From IMG/VR virus record IMGVR_UViG_3300014350_000183: a DNA stretch of 64,000 nt. One strand, 5' to 3'. Position 1 is the stretch's first letter. Every line of letters starts with the position of its first letter. The DNA is from an uncultured virus (IMG/VR IMGVR_UViG_3300014350_000183). Lineage: Duplodnaviria; Heunggongvirae; Uroviricota; Caudoviricetes. The translations under genes and the position numbers were made by a program. Positions 29,115 through 38,281 of the stretch are shown here, one piece after another. The notes beneath the pieces were generated by a model. The model saw only the letters and a list, made by a program, of their open reading frames with translations, ran no database searches and was not told where the DNA came from.

Positions 29115-30206
29115 ATGGGGAAGGATATAGTTTTGTCACGAAAATTAAACGATAATAATTTTTATAATTTACTTCAAAGTGCCGAAGATATTACACATCG
29201 TTATGATATTGATTTAGGCGGATTACCTGATGACATTTTGTCTGCCACACAATTAGTTTCTCCTCTTATTAGGGAAGTTCGTAGAAGGATGGAAAGTCTT
29301 GTACTACATCCAGATATAGATTTGACTGATATTGAAACAGGGCTTATAAATATGTCAGAATGGGCAGATTATTATGGGCAGGTCGTTAAAGAAGCTCTGG
29401 ATTCTGGGGATGTAGTAGCAATTGATGGGACTCCTCTAATTCCACATCAGAAATATTTAACACAACAAGTTTATGCTTGTGCCATTGGCAGCCTAACATC
29501 AAGAGAGCCATTAAATTTGAAAGCAAAACTTGTTAAGGTAAAAGCAGAACTAGATGATGATAATGTAGAAAAAGCTATAGATGAAATTGAGGAACTCAGT
29601 CAATCCACCTCATGGCCTACTGCCTTTATGGAATACCAAGAACGTGAGTTTGCATTTAAAAACACAAAAGCAAATTTTGTACTTATTGATGGTAGTTTAT
29701 TACCTCAAAATTTGATAACTCGTCAGGCTGGAAGAGTATTATTCAAAGAAATGCTTTTAGGCAAAAACAGGCGATGTTATGTGGGGGTACAAAAGAACAT
29801 TACTGGGAATAATACCGAACGGCGTTTTCTTGCACGGGCTCTTAAAACTGGGGAGCTATACATACATGAAACATTAGCTTCTTTTTTGAAACGCTATGAT
29901 GTTGGAGATATGGGGGATTTTCTTGATACGGTAGGAGTTCATATCTTTAGAGGGGTTTTCAAACCCGGACGTAAAGCCTTTGGGTTTGAGTGCCATCGTG
30001 ATGATTTACCATATGTCGTAGCATTATTATATTTAGACGCAAATAATGTGCCTGGGTTTGAAATTCCTTTTTTGCTTGCTCAAGTGGATGCACAATTACG
30101 AGGGCGTTATCGTCCGAGTGAAGCTGTTTCTGCTATAGAAGCTACTCTTGCACGATATGGCGAAGATGATTTCTTTGACGAAGCTAATGAAAGGACATTC
30201 CGCTAA
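29115..30206 (+). CDS. nurA: NurA-family nuclease (RNase H fold)
   Basis: VVAIDGT and VLIDGSL catalytic Asp motifs; VGVQK; GFEIPFLLAQVD; adjacent to a HerA gene. Confidence 0.75.
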   Translation: MGKDIVLSRKLNDNNFYNLLQSAEDITHRYDIDLGGLPDDILSATQLVSPLIREVRRRMESLVLHPDIDLTDIETGLINMSEWADYYGQVVKEALDSGDVVAIDGTPLIPHQKYLTQQVYACAIGSLTSREPLNLKAKLVKVKAELDDDNVEKAIDEIEELSQSTSWPTAFMEYQEREFAFKNTKANFVLIDGSLLPQNLITRQAGRVLFKEMLLGKNRRCYVGVQKNITGNNTERRFLARALKTGELYIHETLASFLKRYDVGDMGDFLDTVGVHIFRGVFKPGRKAFGFECHRDDLPYVVALLYLDANNVPGFEIPFLLAQVDAQLRGRYRPSEAVSAIEATLARYGEDDFFDEANERTFR

Positions 30207-30209
30207 AAA

Positions 30210-31901
30210 ATGAACGAAGGGTATGAATTTGTAGTGTGGGCAGATAATCAATCTGGGGATGCTTATAATATTGAAGCATTAAGCTATGAAGGGGAGGCTA
30301 ATTCAATTAAAAGCCCTCCTATATCAGCAGGGGATTTTATTATTGTAGATGATAAAGACCAAAATAGCAGTTGGTTTGGGCAGGTTATTGAACCGCAAAG
30401 AAATTTGGCATTACAGGGATTAAGCCGAGATAACCCAAGTAACATCGCCGCAATGGAAAGGGTATTATCTGGTAGTGTTGAATCTTCAATATTTTTACGT
30501 CAAGTATATTATTATCACATACGGCTTATGGGGGAAATTGATTGGGAATCTAAACGATTAAGGTCTGTTATTCGTCGCCCGCGAGCGGGGGCATGTGGGC
30601 GTAGGGCAAGTGAAATTGAGGTGCTACATTATTTAGATTTACCCCCACTTAAAGATTTTGATAATCCACAACATAGTCTTATTGGAAGAGTTTATGGGGT
30701 TAATATTCCTATAGCATTAGATGATAAACGACTATATCAACACTTATTAGTGGCAGGAGCCACAGGAAGTGGCAAAAGCAATACGGTTGCAAATGTTATA
30801 AAAGCCGCACAAGCATATGGCATGTGCGTAATTGTTTTTGACCATAAACCCGATTATCAAAATGTTCATGAACCAAATGATGAAATAAGTCTTTTTCGCA
30901 AATACGAGGCTTTTAATTTTAATCAGTTTGGTTTGGATAATGTTCAATATTTTTCTTTATATGAAAAAGATGATGACAATAAATTTAACAAAAACGAAAA
31001 ACAAATTGCGGTTAGAGCAAGTGATGTTCCAAGTATAATGTTAGGGGCATCAATGTTTTATAGACAAGGTGAGGAGCTTCAGAGAGAGGCATTTGGAATT
31101 CTTGCTAATGAATTTATCTCTGGGGGAAAACGTGATAAGTGGACGCTTGATGATTTTTTAGAGTGGTATCATAAACAAAACACTCAACAGCTTTCTGCAA
31201 TATTTGAGGGGACTCCCCCTATGGACAGTGTTTTAAGTGCAATGGAACGTAGGTTAAAAGCGCGTCGCCCTACTTGGATGGACTCGTTTGGGGCTGTGGA
31301 GCAAAAGCGTAGCTCTACATTTGATAATAAGAAAACGGAAAAATCAGATTATTTTGTCCCTGCTTCTTATCTTCAAAAAGGGAAAGTTTTAGTAATCCGC
31401 GTAAACACTAACGGCGCAGAATATGGGCTATTTTTATCTTATATGTTACGAGAGGTTTATAATTTGCGACGTAACAAGAATATCTCTTTTCCTATACTGA
31501 ACATAATAGACGAGGCTCAAGATATTTTTCAGGCTGAAAAAGAAGTAAGAAATACTGCCACACATGCAATTAATGAAATCCTTAGAAAAGGTCGTAGTAA
31601 ACAAGTCGGGTTTGTCTTTGCTGTCCAAAGTGCAACACAATTGCCAAACGATATTCTTAACAACCTAAACTCAAGGATTATACATCGTCAAAATACAAGG
31701 GAAGAACTTCAAAATGCTATTCCGGGCGCTTCGCGTGAGCTACTAAATTCTGCCCTAAGTTTTGGTGCAGGAGAAGCATTGGTAAGTATACTTGGAGCAA
31801 GAGGTATCATTCATGGGGAAATGGCACCATCACCTTTTATGCTCACAAAAGATATGCCAATGAGTCTTGGAACATTAGCTGACCAGTATAAAGATAAATA
31901 G
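30210..31901 (+). CDS. herA: HerA/FtsK-family ATPase with N-terminal barrel domain
   Basis: HLLVAGATGSGKSN, VFDHKPDY, IIDEAQ, RKGRSKQVGFVFAVQ. Confidence 0.9.
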   Translation: MNEGYEFVVWADNQSGDAYNIEALSYEGEANSIKSPPISAGDFIIVDDKDQNSSWFGQVIEPQRNLALQGLSRDNPSNIAAMERVLSGSVESSIFLRQVYYYHIRLMGEIDWESKRLRSVIRRPRAGACGRRASEIEVLHYLDLPPLKDFDNPQHSLIGRVYGVNIPIALDDKRLYQHLLVAGATGSGKSNTVANVIKAAQAYGMCVIVFDHKPDYQNVHEPNDEISLFRKYEAFNFNQFGLDNVQYFSLYEKDDDNKFNKNEKQIAVRASDVPSIMLGASMFYRQGEELQREAFGILANEFISGGKRDKWTLDDFLEWYHKQNTQQLSAIFEGTPPMDSVLSAMERRLKARRPTWMDSFGAVEQKRSSTFDNKKTEKSDYFVPASYLQKGKVLVIRVNTNGAEYGLFLSYMLREVYNLRRNKNISFPILNIIDEAQDIFQAEKEVRNTATHAINEILRKGRSKQVGFVFAVQSATQLPNDILNNLNSRIIHRQNTREELQNAIPGASRELLNSALSFGAGEALVSILGARGIIHGEMAPSPFMLTKDMPMSLGTLADQYKDK

Positions 31902-31912
31902 GGGAATATCCC

Positions 31913-32908
31913 CTATTTTATACTCGCTAAATCTATACCGATGCCAGTTCTTCCCATTCTTTGTGCAACTGTTATTGTAGTCCCTGAACCGCAGAATGGG
32001 TCAAGAACTACGCTTGGGATTACTTCAGCACCACATTTACAATTCGTCCAACCAACAGACTCACGTAAAGGGAAAGTATATTCCCTAAAATACCCCCCTA
32101 ACACATCTTTTGCTTCTCTGGCTAACTTTTTGATATGTTCGCTACTTTTACCTGCTCCAGATTGGTACTCTTTTGCTCTATTCACATCTCCTATACCAAA
32201 AGATTGAATTGCGGCAATATGTTCTGGTGTAAGGTATTTTTTTGCTAATTCCATTGCTTTAACCGCTCCCGGTCGTGATGTATCAAGGTGGTCAGTTTTT
32301 TTTACTATTCTTTCTCTTGGCACACCACAATTCGAGCATATTTCATACGGGGAAGCTATTGTAATTATTCTTTCGACAAGCTCTTCGGGGAATGGAGCCA
32401 TATGCCCACTTTTTCTTCTGCCTGGGGGGATGTGCCAAACATCCCCTATATCTCCTGTCGCCTTATATTTTTCCATGTAACCAAACAAATCATAATAATA
32501 TTTGTTGCTCAAAGTTAAATGAAAAATATATTCATGACGACTAACTAAACGATTCCTTACCGGGGTGGGCATCCCCATATTTTTTACCCATGCAATACGA
32601 TTCCTTACTAGCCAACCAGCCTCTCTTGCTTTTATTTCAAAAATACTCGGGATACCTGCGAGACTTCTATCTGAGTTATAAGTGTCTCCTAAATTTATAA
32701 AAACGGAGCCTGTAGATTTAATTACTCGCTTGCATTCTTCTAATGCTAAAATCAATTGTTCAATATATCCCGAATATGTTTTCTCTTGTCCAATTTGTTT
32801 GGCATATCCATAATCACGTTTTTGCCAATACGGGGGAGATGTAATAATTAAATCTACACTTTGTGATTTTAGAGGTAATTGGCGTGCATCGCCGTTAATC
32901 AATGACAT
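31913..32908 (-). CDS. Site-specific DNA methyltransferase (N4-C/N6-A, beta class)
   Basis: LIITSPPY precedes VLDPFCGSGTT; also HMAPFPEEL. Confidence 0.92.
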   Translation of the reverse strand: MSLINGDARQLPLKSQSVDLIITSPPYWQKRDYGYAKQIGQEKTYSGYIEQLILALEECKRVIKSTGSVFINLGDTYNSDRSLAGIPSIFEIKAREAGWLVRNRIAWVKNMGMPTPVRNRLVSRHEYIFHLTLSNKYYYDLFGYMEKYKATGDIGDVWHIPPGRRKSGHMAPFPEELVERIITIASPYEICSNCGVPRERIVKKTDHLDTSRPGAVKAMELAKKYLTPEHIAAIQSFGIGDVNRAKEYQSGAGKSSEHIKKLAREAKDVLGGYFREYTFPLRESVGWTNCKCGAEVIPSVVLDPFCGSGTTITVAQRMGRTGIGIDLASIK

Positions 32909-32997
32909 AATTTGTAGTCCAGTTTTTGTCTAATTTCTTATAAAATAATACACCTTTATAAATTTGTTGTCGACGGAGAATATTCTTGGACACCCCC

Positions 32998-33026
32998 TTG
33001 CATCCCTAGCTCACCTGTGCTATACT
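32998..33026 (+). promoter_or_regulatory. Sigma70 promoter with no ORF downstream
   Basis: TTGCAT, 17 nt, TATACT, with extended -10 TG. Confidence 0.7.
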
Positions 33027-33032
33027 TTACGT

Positions 33033-33182
33033 ATCCTGCCCCCTAAACAGGACGCATGACACAGCAGGGTCTGGCTTCCTAACCCCACAGGTCTCCCTGC
33101 TGTGACCATCATGCGAATAACCCCTAAGATTATTTGTTACACTTGTTATACTAAACTTCCCGCGAGGGAAGTATTTTTGTTT
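33033..33182 (+). ncRNA. Candidate structured small RNA of about 150 nt
   Basis: Bounded by a promoter and a GNRA-capped terminator; contains the long stem GCATGA-CACAGCAGGG...CCCTGCTGTG-acca-TCATGC. Confidence 0.5.
33155..33182 (+). terminator. Intrinsic terminator
   Basis: ACTTCCC-GCGA-GGGAAGT followed by ATTTTTGTTT. Confidence 0.7.
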
Positions 33183-33225
33183 CTCCAGTGGCGAAAACGT
33201 AGAAATGGATAACTACATATTGTGC

Positions 33226-33306
33226 GGCTTCTGAGAGAATGAACAACGGCTCATTTCTTAGAAGCCTAAGACTCTAAGAGAGTAAACAACGGCTTACTTC
33301 TTAGAG
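33226..33306. repeat. Tandem covarying hairpins with an identical ACAACGGC loop
   Basis: Hairpins at 33226-33266 and 33272-33306; both have a bulged G five base pairs below the loop. Confidence 0.8.
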
Positions 33307-33475
33307 CAATTCTTCTAAGTAGCTATTTTAACCCATAGACACGCTTTATGAACCACTATAAATGAAGCCCCAGTGAATAATATCTCCTTGATTGTCCACC
33401 ACGTTCTAATTTTAGAACACTACATTAGAGTTCCCTATTTCCATTATTCTTAATAAAATATGCCTACTTAGTGGG

Positions 33476-33516
33476 TTGACATTATGAGCGAATGGGCTTA
33501 TACTTATATGTATAAG
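33476..33516 (+). promoter_or_regulatory. Strong near-consensus promoter of the early genes, with an overlapping palindrome
   Basis: TTGACA, 17 nt, TATACT (33476-33504); CTTATAC-N6-GTATAAG (33497-33516). Confidence 0.8.
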
Positions 33517-33561
33517 GTGAGGCAATAAAGACCACACCGACTAGCAAAAAGGACGGATAAA

Positions 33562-34098
33562 ATGACCGCTTACGAATATGCAAAAAAAACTGGAATCGCC
33601 CACGCATTGATGGATGTGTGCCATGCAAGCCCCGACAAAACCGAAGAAGGGCTTTATGGCGCAATGGTTGATGCAGTCATGATTTGGGTTGAGCAAGAAG
33701 GTATCGAAGTCGAAGAATTCGATGGTGATGATACAACTAGCGGGTTACAAGAATTTGCGATTGAAGTTGTTGGTTATGTCAATATTGATACCCGCGAATT
33801 TCAAAATAACAAATCTGCAACCAGCGCCATTGAACCCGCCCCCGTCAAATACGACATTGTTTCCGATTTTGTAGGTGGGAAATCTGCCACTTTATCGGAA
33901 ATCGAACAACTTATCTCCGAAATTGAAATTGACGGGTGGAACTTAACCACAGGCAGTAACCATGACAACGAAATCCGTGTGTATGCGGAGCAAAATGATG
34001 ATTATGATGATGATGCACACGGGCGCACCCCGACACGTTATGACAATTGGGTAAAAATCACAAGCGGGGAATACTACCTAGTCGTGGCTAAAAAATAA
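33562..34098 (+). CDS. Highly acidic hypothetical early protein
   Basis: AAGGA SD; first gene after the strong promoter; D/E-rich. Confidence 0.75.
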   Translation: MTAYEYAKKTGIAHALMDVCHASPDKTEEGLYGAMVDAVMIWVEQEGIEVEEFDGDDTTSGLQEFAIEVVGYVNIDTREFQNNKSATSAIEPAPVKYDIVSDFVGGKSATLSEIEQLISEIEIDGWNLTTGSNHDNEIRVYAEQNDDYDDDAHGRTPTRYDNWVKITSGEYYLVVAKK

Positions 34099-34352
34099 CC
34101 CCCCACCACCATAGCAGGGTGCTAGACCAAAAATCTAGCACCACCGCCAAACGGCTTGCCCACAGTATCCAAACTCACGGGCAAGCCCATTATATCAAAT
34201 GGTGAATGGTTAGAACATCATCCACCACCGCATCAAAAACGGGCGACATCCAACACCCTCTATATGGGCAGAGCAAAGCGGGCAAGCATCTGAAACATCA
34301 AATCTCATTCGAATTATCGCCCTCAATGGGGGGGGAAAGAAGGATAAACAAA

Positions 34353-35072
34353 ATGAACGAAACAATCATCACCACCACATCTTCACAAATTGCTGACTCA
34401 GGTTCATATTATGACAGCACTTATTTCACCATGTCAGACATCGTGCCATATATCGAAAATGGGGTCATCAAGACCTATAATTTTGAAGGGACTCGCCGCG
34501 GGTGGGGTCGCTCACAATGCAAAAGCACCATTGTTGTTAACGAAAACGGATTGGTCTCTATCCATGTTGGCTTTAGTCACAAACACGGTGGTGGGCAAGG
34601 CTATCATCACTTTGTTAACGGGCAAAAGCGCACATGGGCGCAATTGACCGAAGCGCAACAAATGGTCATCGCCGAAGCCGTTAGCGAAAAAGCCGAGTCA
34701 TGGTGGAAATCCGCAGGTAAATTGAAATCAGAACGGGTTATCCCAACAAGCACCGTTGCATACAAAATCGTGCGGATGAATGACGATGAATTGGTATCCG
34801 TTTATGATGCCACCACCCGCTATGAAATCGGCAAAAAACTCACCCAAGCCTGCTCGGAAGGGCATGGTGGTGGATATTACGCCTTTGAATCAATGGAATC
34901 AATGTATTCATCTTTCAAAAATGGGACAACCTTCCCCGAAGGCACTGATACCGAAGGCACATTTGCGGTTATCCAAGTCGAGTGCAGTGGCAAACGTGTT
35001 GACTATAAAAATGGAAAGTCAGCGTTTACCCACATCAAACCGGTTGCGGTCATTGCAACATTCACCGCCTGA
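34353..35072 (+). CDS. Hypothetical early protein
   Basis: AAGGA SD before the ATG at 34353; C-terminal AYKIV...YEIG...GGGYYAF domain typical of phages. Confidence 0.7.
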   Translation: MNETIITTTSSQIADSGSYYDSTYFTMSDIVPYIENGVIKTYNFEGTRRGWGRSQCKSTIVVNENGLVSIHVGFSHKHGGGQGYHHFVNGQKRTWAQLTEAQQMVIAEAVSEKAESWWKSAGKLKSERVIPTSTVAYKIVRMNDDELVSVYDATTRYEIGKKLTQACSEGHGGGYYAFESMESMYSSFKNGTTFPEGTDTEGTFAVIQVECSGKRVDYKNGKSAFTHIKPVAVIATFTA

Positions 35073-35183
35073 TTACCGCCGTAGCGGGGTGAGGGCATAA
35101 GCCACCCTCACCTAAGCCTGCTAGACCTCCGAGCCTCGCAAGCATGTGGTCTAGCTCCACCTAACCCAATATATTAGCCCATA

Positions 35184-36104
35184 ATGGGCAGAAAGCGCAA
35201 TCTAATGATTATCCAAAATGATGCAAAATCAATCCGTTTAGCCGATAAAAACAAAACGTCGGGGGGCAAATTTGTGACCACTAGCAACGTACCTCTTATT
35301 TCTTTTGAAGGTGGGTCAGGTCCCGCACCTTCGCCATTTGGCAACGAACAATTCCGCCCTGTCACCCAAGAAGAAATCAAGAAATATAGCGCCATGCTTG
35401 GAAATTTAAGACGTTTATATTGTGTGCCATTTGACAATGGCGCACTCATTTATGGCAATATTGCTTGGGAAAACTGGGAACAATTTCCTGGCGGTTTTGC
35501 TGGGGGTGGGACGACTTGCTACCTCTGGATTCCAAGCAATTCGTTATCAATCAAAAAAGCAATCTGGATGGCACAAGACCAAACAGAAACAGGCTACACA
35601 TCATTGTTTGATGCAATTGTAGTGAGCGACCATCGCACATCGTTTTCGCCAGAGCCAATTACCGCCGAAGAATTAGAGCATTTGCAACTACTCTATGATA
35701 TTCTCGCAAAAATGCGGTTAAAGATGCAAAATATAGGGTTTGTATTCGATAATAATCACAACTTAATCACCCCGTCAAAAATTGACCAAGAAATCAAAAC
35801 AGCAAGCCCCGCGCCCGAAAAAGAGGAAGATGTAGCTAAGAATCCCGTATTTTTGGGATATGGGAAGTTAGATTCAAAAGATAAACTGGAAGGAGTGAAA
35901 CTGGTCAGCCAGCGCCAAGCCCTTGAAATCTACTTTGAAGCCCCGCACAAAGGACATGTGGCATATCGCCACATCGGGCATGAAAACGGGTTCACGTCAA
36001 CAGGATATGGCATGGGCAACCGCCATCCTAATTTGTGGTTACAAATTTGGGGTGATAATCCCGAATGGGAGTTAGACCTCCCACAAGAACGCCCTACTGA
36101 ATAA
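35184..36104 (+). CDS. Hypothetical protein
   Basis: 306-aa ORF. Confidence 0.65.
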   Translation: MGRKRNLMIIQNDAKSIRLADKNKTSGGKFVTTSNVPLISFEGGSGPAPSPFGNEQFRPVTQEEIKKYSAMLGNLRRLYCVPFDNGALIYGNIAWENWEQFPGGFAGGGTTCYLWIPSNSLSIKKAIWMAQDQTETGYTSLFDAIVVSDHRTSFSPEPITAEELEHLQLLYDILAKMRLKMQNIGFVFDNNHNLITPSKIDQEIKTASPAPEKEEDVAKNPVFLGYGKLDSKDKLEGVKLVSQRQALEIYFEAPHKGHVAYRHIGHENGFTSTGYGMGNRHPNLWLQIWGDNPEWELDLPQERPTE

Positions 36105-36152
36105 CCTTATTGTATCAATGCCCCGCCATCGTGCGGGGCAGAAAGGTTTATT

Positions 36153-36740
36153 ATGCAGTTCAATGCAATCAATCAATGGGATATGGAATACCACCAATCC
36201 CGCCCTGCTCTGCCATTTGCAGGCTACACCACCTATATGGACGTTTGGGCATTCATGCCCTGTGAGCACGACCCCAAAACGCCCAATTTTGATGAGACTA
36301 TTTTATCATCCATCAAACTCCAATGGATGGATAAAATCGATTTGCTAACACCCCAAACATGGCACTCTATGTCGTTATATCCATATCAGTATCTGTGGAT
36401 GTCTGGCGACAATATGGTCATCAGGCGCAGAAATATAACGTTAACCCAAATGGCGGAGTATGACCTAAATCATCCCGTCATTGCACCCGCACCAAAATTT
36501 TTGACCCGCAAGGCGTTGGCGAAATTGCGCGATACGGGGGTTATCCATCCCCGCGCCCGTATTACGCAAGGCGAAGGAGAACGCCAACGCCATACTGATT
36601 TTTATGATGTTGTAGATGTGATTTTTGCTCTCCACATGCGCCAACGCAACGGGCGCAATTTTGATATGACCCGCATTAACGAATTTTGGGGTATCCGTCT
36701 AGCAAAATATGCAGAACAAGATGCAACTGAGACAGACTAG
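36153..36740 (+). CDS. Hypothetical protein; possible C-terminal MerR-like HTH
   Basis: LTRKALAKLRDTGVIHP...FYDVVDV; AAAGG SD. Confidence 0.55.
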   Translation: MQFNAINQWDMEYHQSRPALPFAGYTTYMDVWAFMPCEHDPKTPNFDETILSSIKLQWMDKIDLLTPQTWHSMSLYPYQYLWMSGDNMVIRRRNITLTQMAEYDLNHPVIAPAPKFLTRKALAKLRDTGVIHPRARITQGEGERQRHTDFYDVVDVIFALHMRQRNGRNFDMTRINEFWGIRLAKYAEQDATETD

Positions 36741-36754
36741 AATGGAGAGTATCT

Positions 36755-37939
36755 ATGAGTTTATTGGATAATTTTATTAAAAACGGTACACCTGCATTAA
36801 AAGAGCCGATGCTCTCCCAATGGCGCGATAAAATCAACGCCGAAATCTGGACAGGTGATGGGCTAAAACGTGTCATCGGTTATCAAACGCATATTGACGC
36901 ATACAATATCCATCCCGATGCGCCAGACGCCGATGTGCAAATGCGTAGCATGGCGCTAGATTATAACCGCATGACCGAACTCTGGCGGTTAGCCATGCAC
37001 AGCATCCCCGAAACGGTTTTAGGTTTCGATATGTCCATGCACAAAGACATCAATCGCTGGCTCATCGCTCTGATGTATACCGAGTCGGGGCAAAAACTGA
37101 CCACAGAGCAATTCTATTTCTGGTCGGGGGCAGATATTTATGGGGTGAGTATAATGCGCCCATCCCATGAGGACAAAACTATACCCGACAAAATCACATC
37201 GGCGTGGTTCGAGGCACAAAAGGATGTGTTGCCTGAGTTTGCCAACCCCGAATATGTGGCTTTAGCGACTGCGTTTAAGGCGCAAATGGTCAATGAGGCA
37301 GTAGGTCATATCCCATTTATAGGCGACTTGATTATGTCCTATGAGCCGATACCCGCCTTAGATGCCTTAATCCAATGGGATGCGCTACGGCTAATGATAC
37401 GCCCGTATGGGATATGGGCGACATTTAGCGGGCAGTCTGGGGTGTTACCGATTTACTGGCAACCCAACCGCCACACCATCCGTACCCTGACGGGCGGGCT
37501 TTTAGCGTATGTTGCCGATGTAGTTTTGGCGGGTATTTGGCGTGATGCTTCTATTGTGCGTGAGCGTGCATGGTACGAGCGCAATCCATACACCCCACGC
37601 CCACTTAAAAAATCGCAGAAACACCGCAACCCGGTTGTGTTACCCCGCACTATCCAAACCGTAAAATGGGGTGCATCATCCGATGAGCATGATGTAATCA
37701 CCCGCGCAACGCACGCAGTACGCGCCCACTATCGGTTGTTGGGTGATGGTCGCAGAGCCAGCGAGGGCGCACTCGCCAGCGCCGATGAGTATGGTATGCC
37801 ACCCCCCCCCACAGGCTACACGTTTGTGCGCCCGCACCTGCGCGGTAGTGGGGAATCGGTAGACCATGATGCAATTCGGCGAGTGGTATGCCGTGGTCTA
37901 AAGACAGTAAAAATCGCTTTGGGTAGCGAGAGCAAATAA
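36755..37939 (+). CDS. Conserved-type phage protein with C-terminal HxVRxHxR...VRPHxRG motif
   Basis: HAVRAHYRLL...GYTFVRPHLRG; GGAG SD. Confidence 0.7.
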   Translation: MSLLDNFIKNGTPALKEPMLSQWRDKINAEIWTGDGLKRVIGYQTHIDAYNIHPDAPDADVQMRSMALDYNRMTELWRLAMHSIPETVLGFDMSMHKDINRWLIALMYTESGQKLTTEQFYFWSGADIYGVSIMRPSHEDKTIPDKITSAWFEAQKDVLPEFANPEYVALATAFKAQMVNEAVGHIPFIGDLIMSYEPIPALDALIQWDALRLMIRPYGIWATFSGQSGVLPIYWQPNRHTIRTLTGGLLAYVADVVLAGIWRDASIVRERAWYERNPYTPRPLKKSQKHRNPVVLPRTIQTVKWGASSDEHDVITRATHAVRAHYRLLGDGRRASEGALASADEYGMPPPPTGYTFVRPHLRGSGESVDHDAIRRVVCRGLKTVKIALGSESK

Positions 37940-37946
37940 AGATAAC

Positions 37947-37978
37947 AAAAAGCACCCCATAACGGGGTGTGTTTTGTT
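37947..37978. terminator. Bidirectional terminator between convergent early and late units
   Basis: AAAAA-GCACCCC-ataac-GGGGTGT-GTTTTGTT. Confidence 0.75.
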
Positions 37979-38237
37979 AATTCCCTGTTGCAGATAGCCC
38001 TATACCTACAAACCCTGCAAATATAGCTTCCCCTGCGAATATTGCCGCCACAATAAAACTGCCAAAGGCTACTAAATCTGCCCCAATCCCATTGGTGCTG
38101 ACTATCCATAGCCCCATAAAGCTGAAAAAGATTCCTGCAAGAACGGCAATGCCAATTGCCACTAACAGGTTAGCGTGCGAATCATCAAACAAATCTATCA
38201 CTTTTTGTAACTCCATAATCAATAAACCGATAATCAC
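37977..38237 (-). CDS. Small two-TM membrane protein (start uncertain)
   Basis: Two hydrophobic segments; downstream of the putative lysin. Confidence 0.55.
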   Translation of the reverse strand: MIIGLLIMELQKVIDLFDDSHANLLVAIGIAVLAGIFFSFMGLWIVSTNGIGADLVAFGSFIVAAIFAGEAIFAGFVGIGLSATGN

Positions 38238-38281
38238 AGTGTATGTTAATTGTCATAGTAAATACAATTAGCCCATTCGTA

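Noticed and set aside
33226..33306. CRISPR mini-array
   Set aside because: Only two imperfect units separated by 5 nt, no spacer-length sequence, and no cas genes.
33403..33418. GTTCT-AATTTT-AGAAC as a LexA box
   Set aside because: The half-sites are in the wrong orientation and spacing, and the site does not overlap the nearby promoter.
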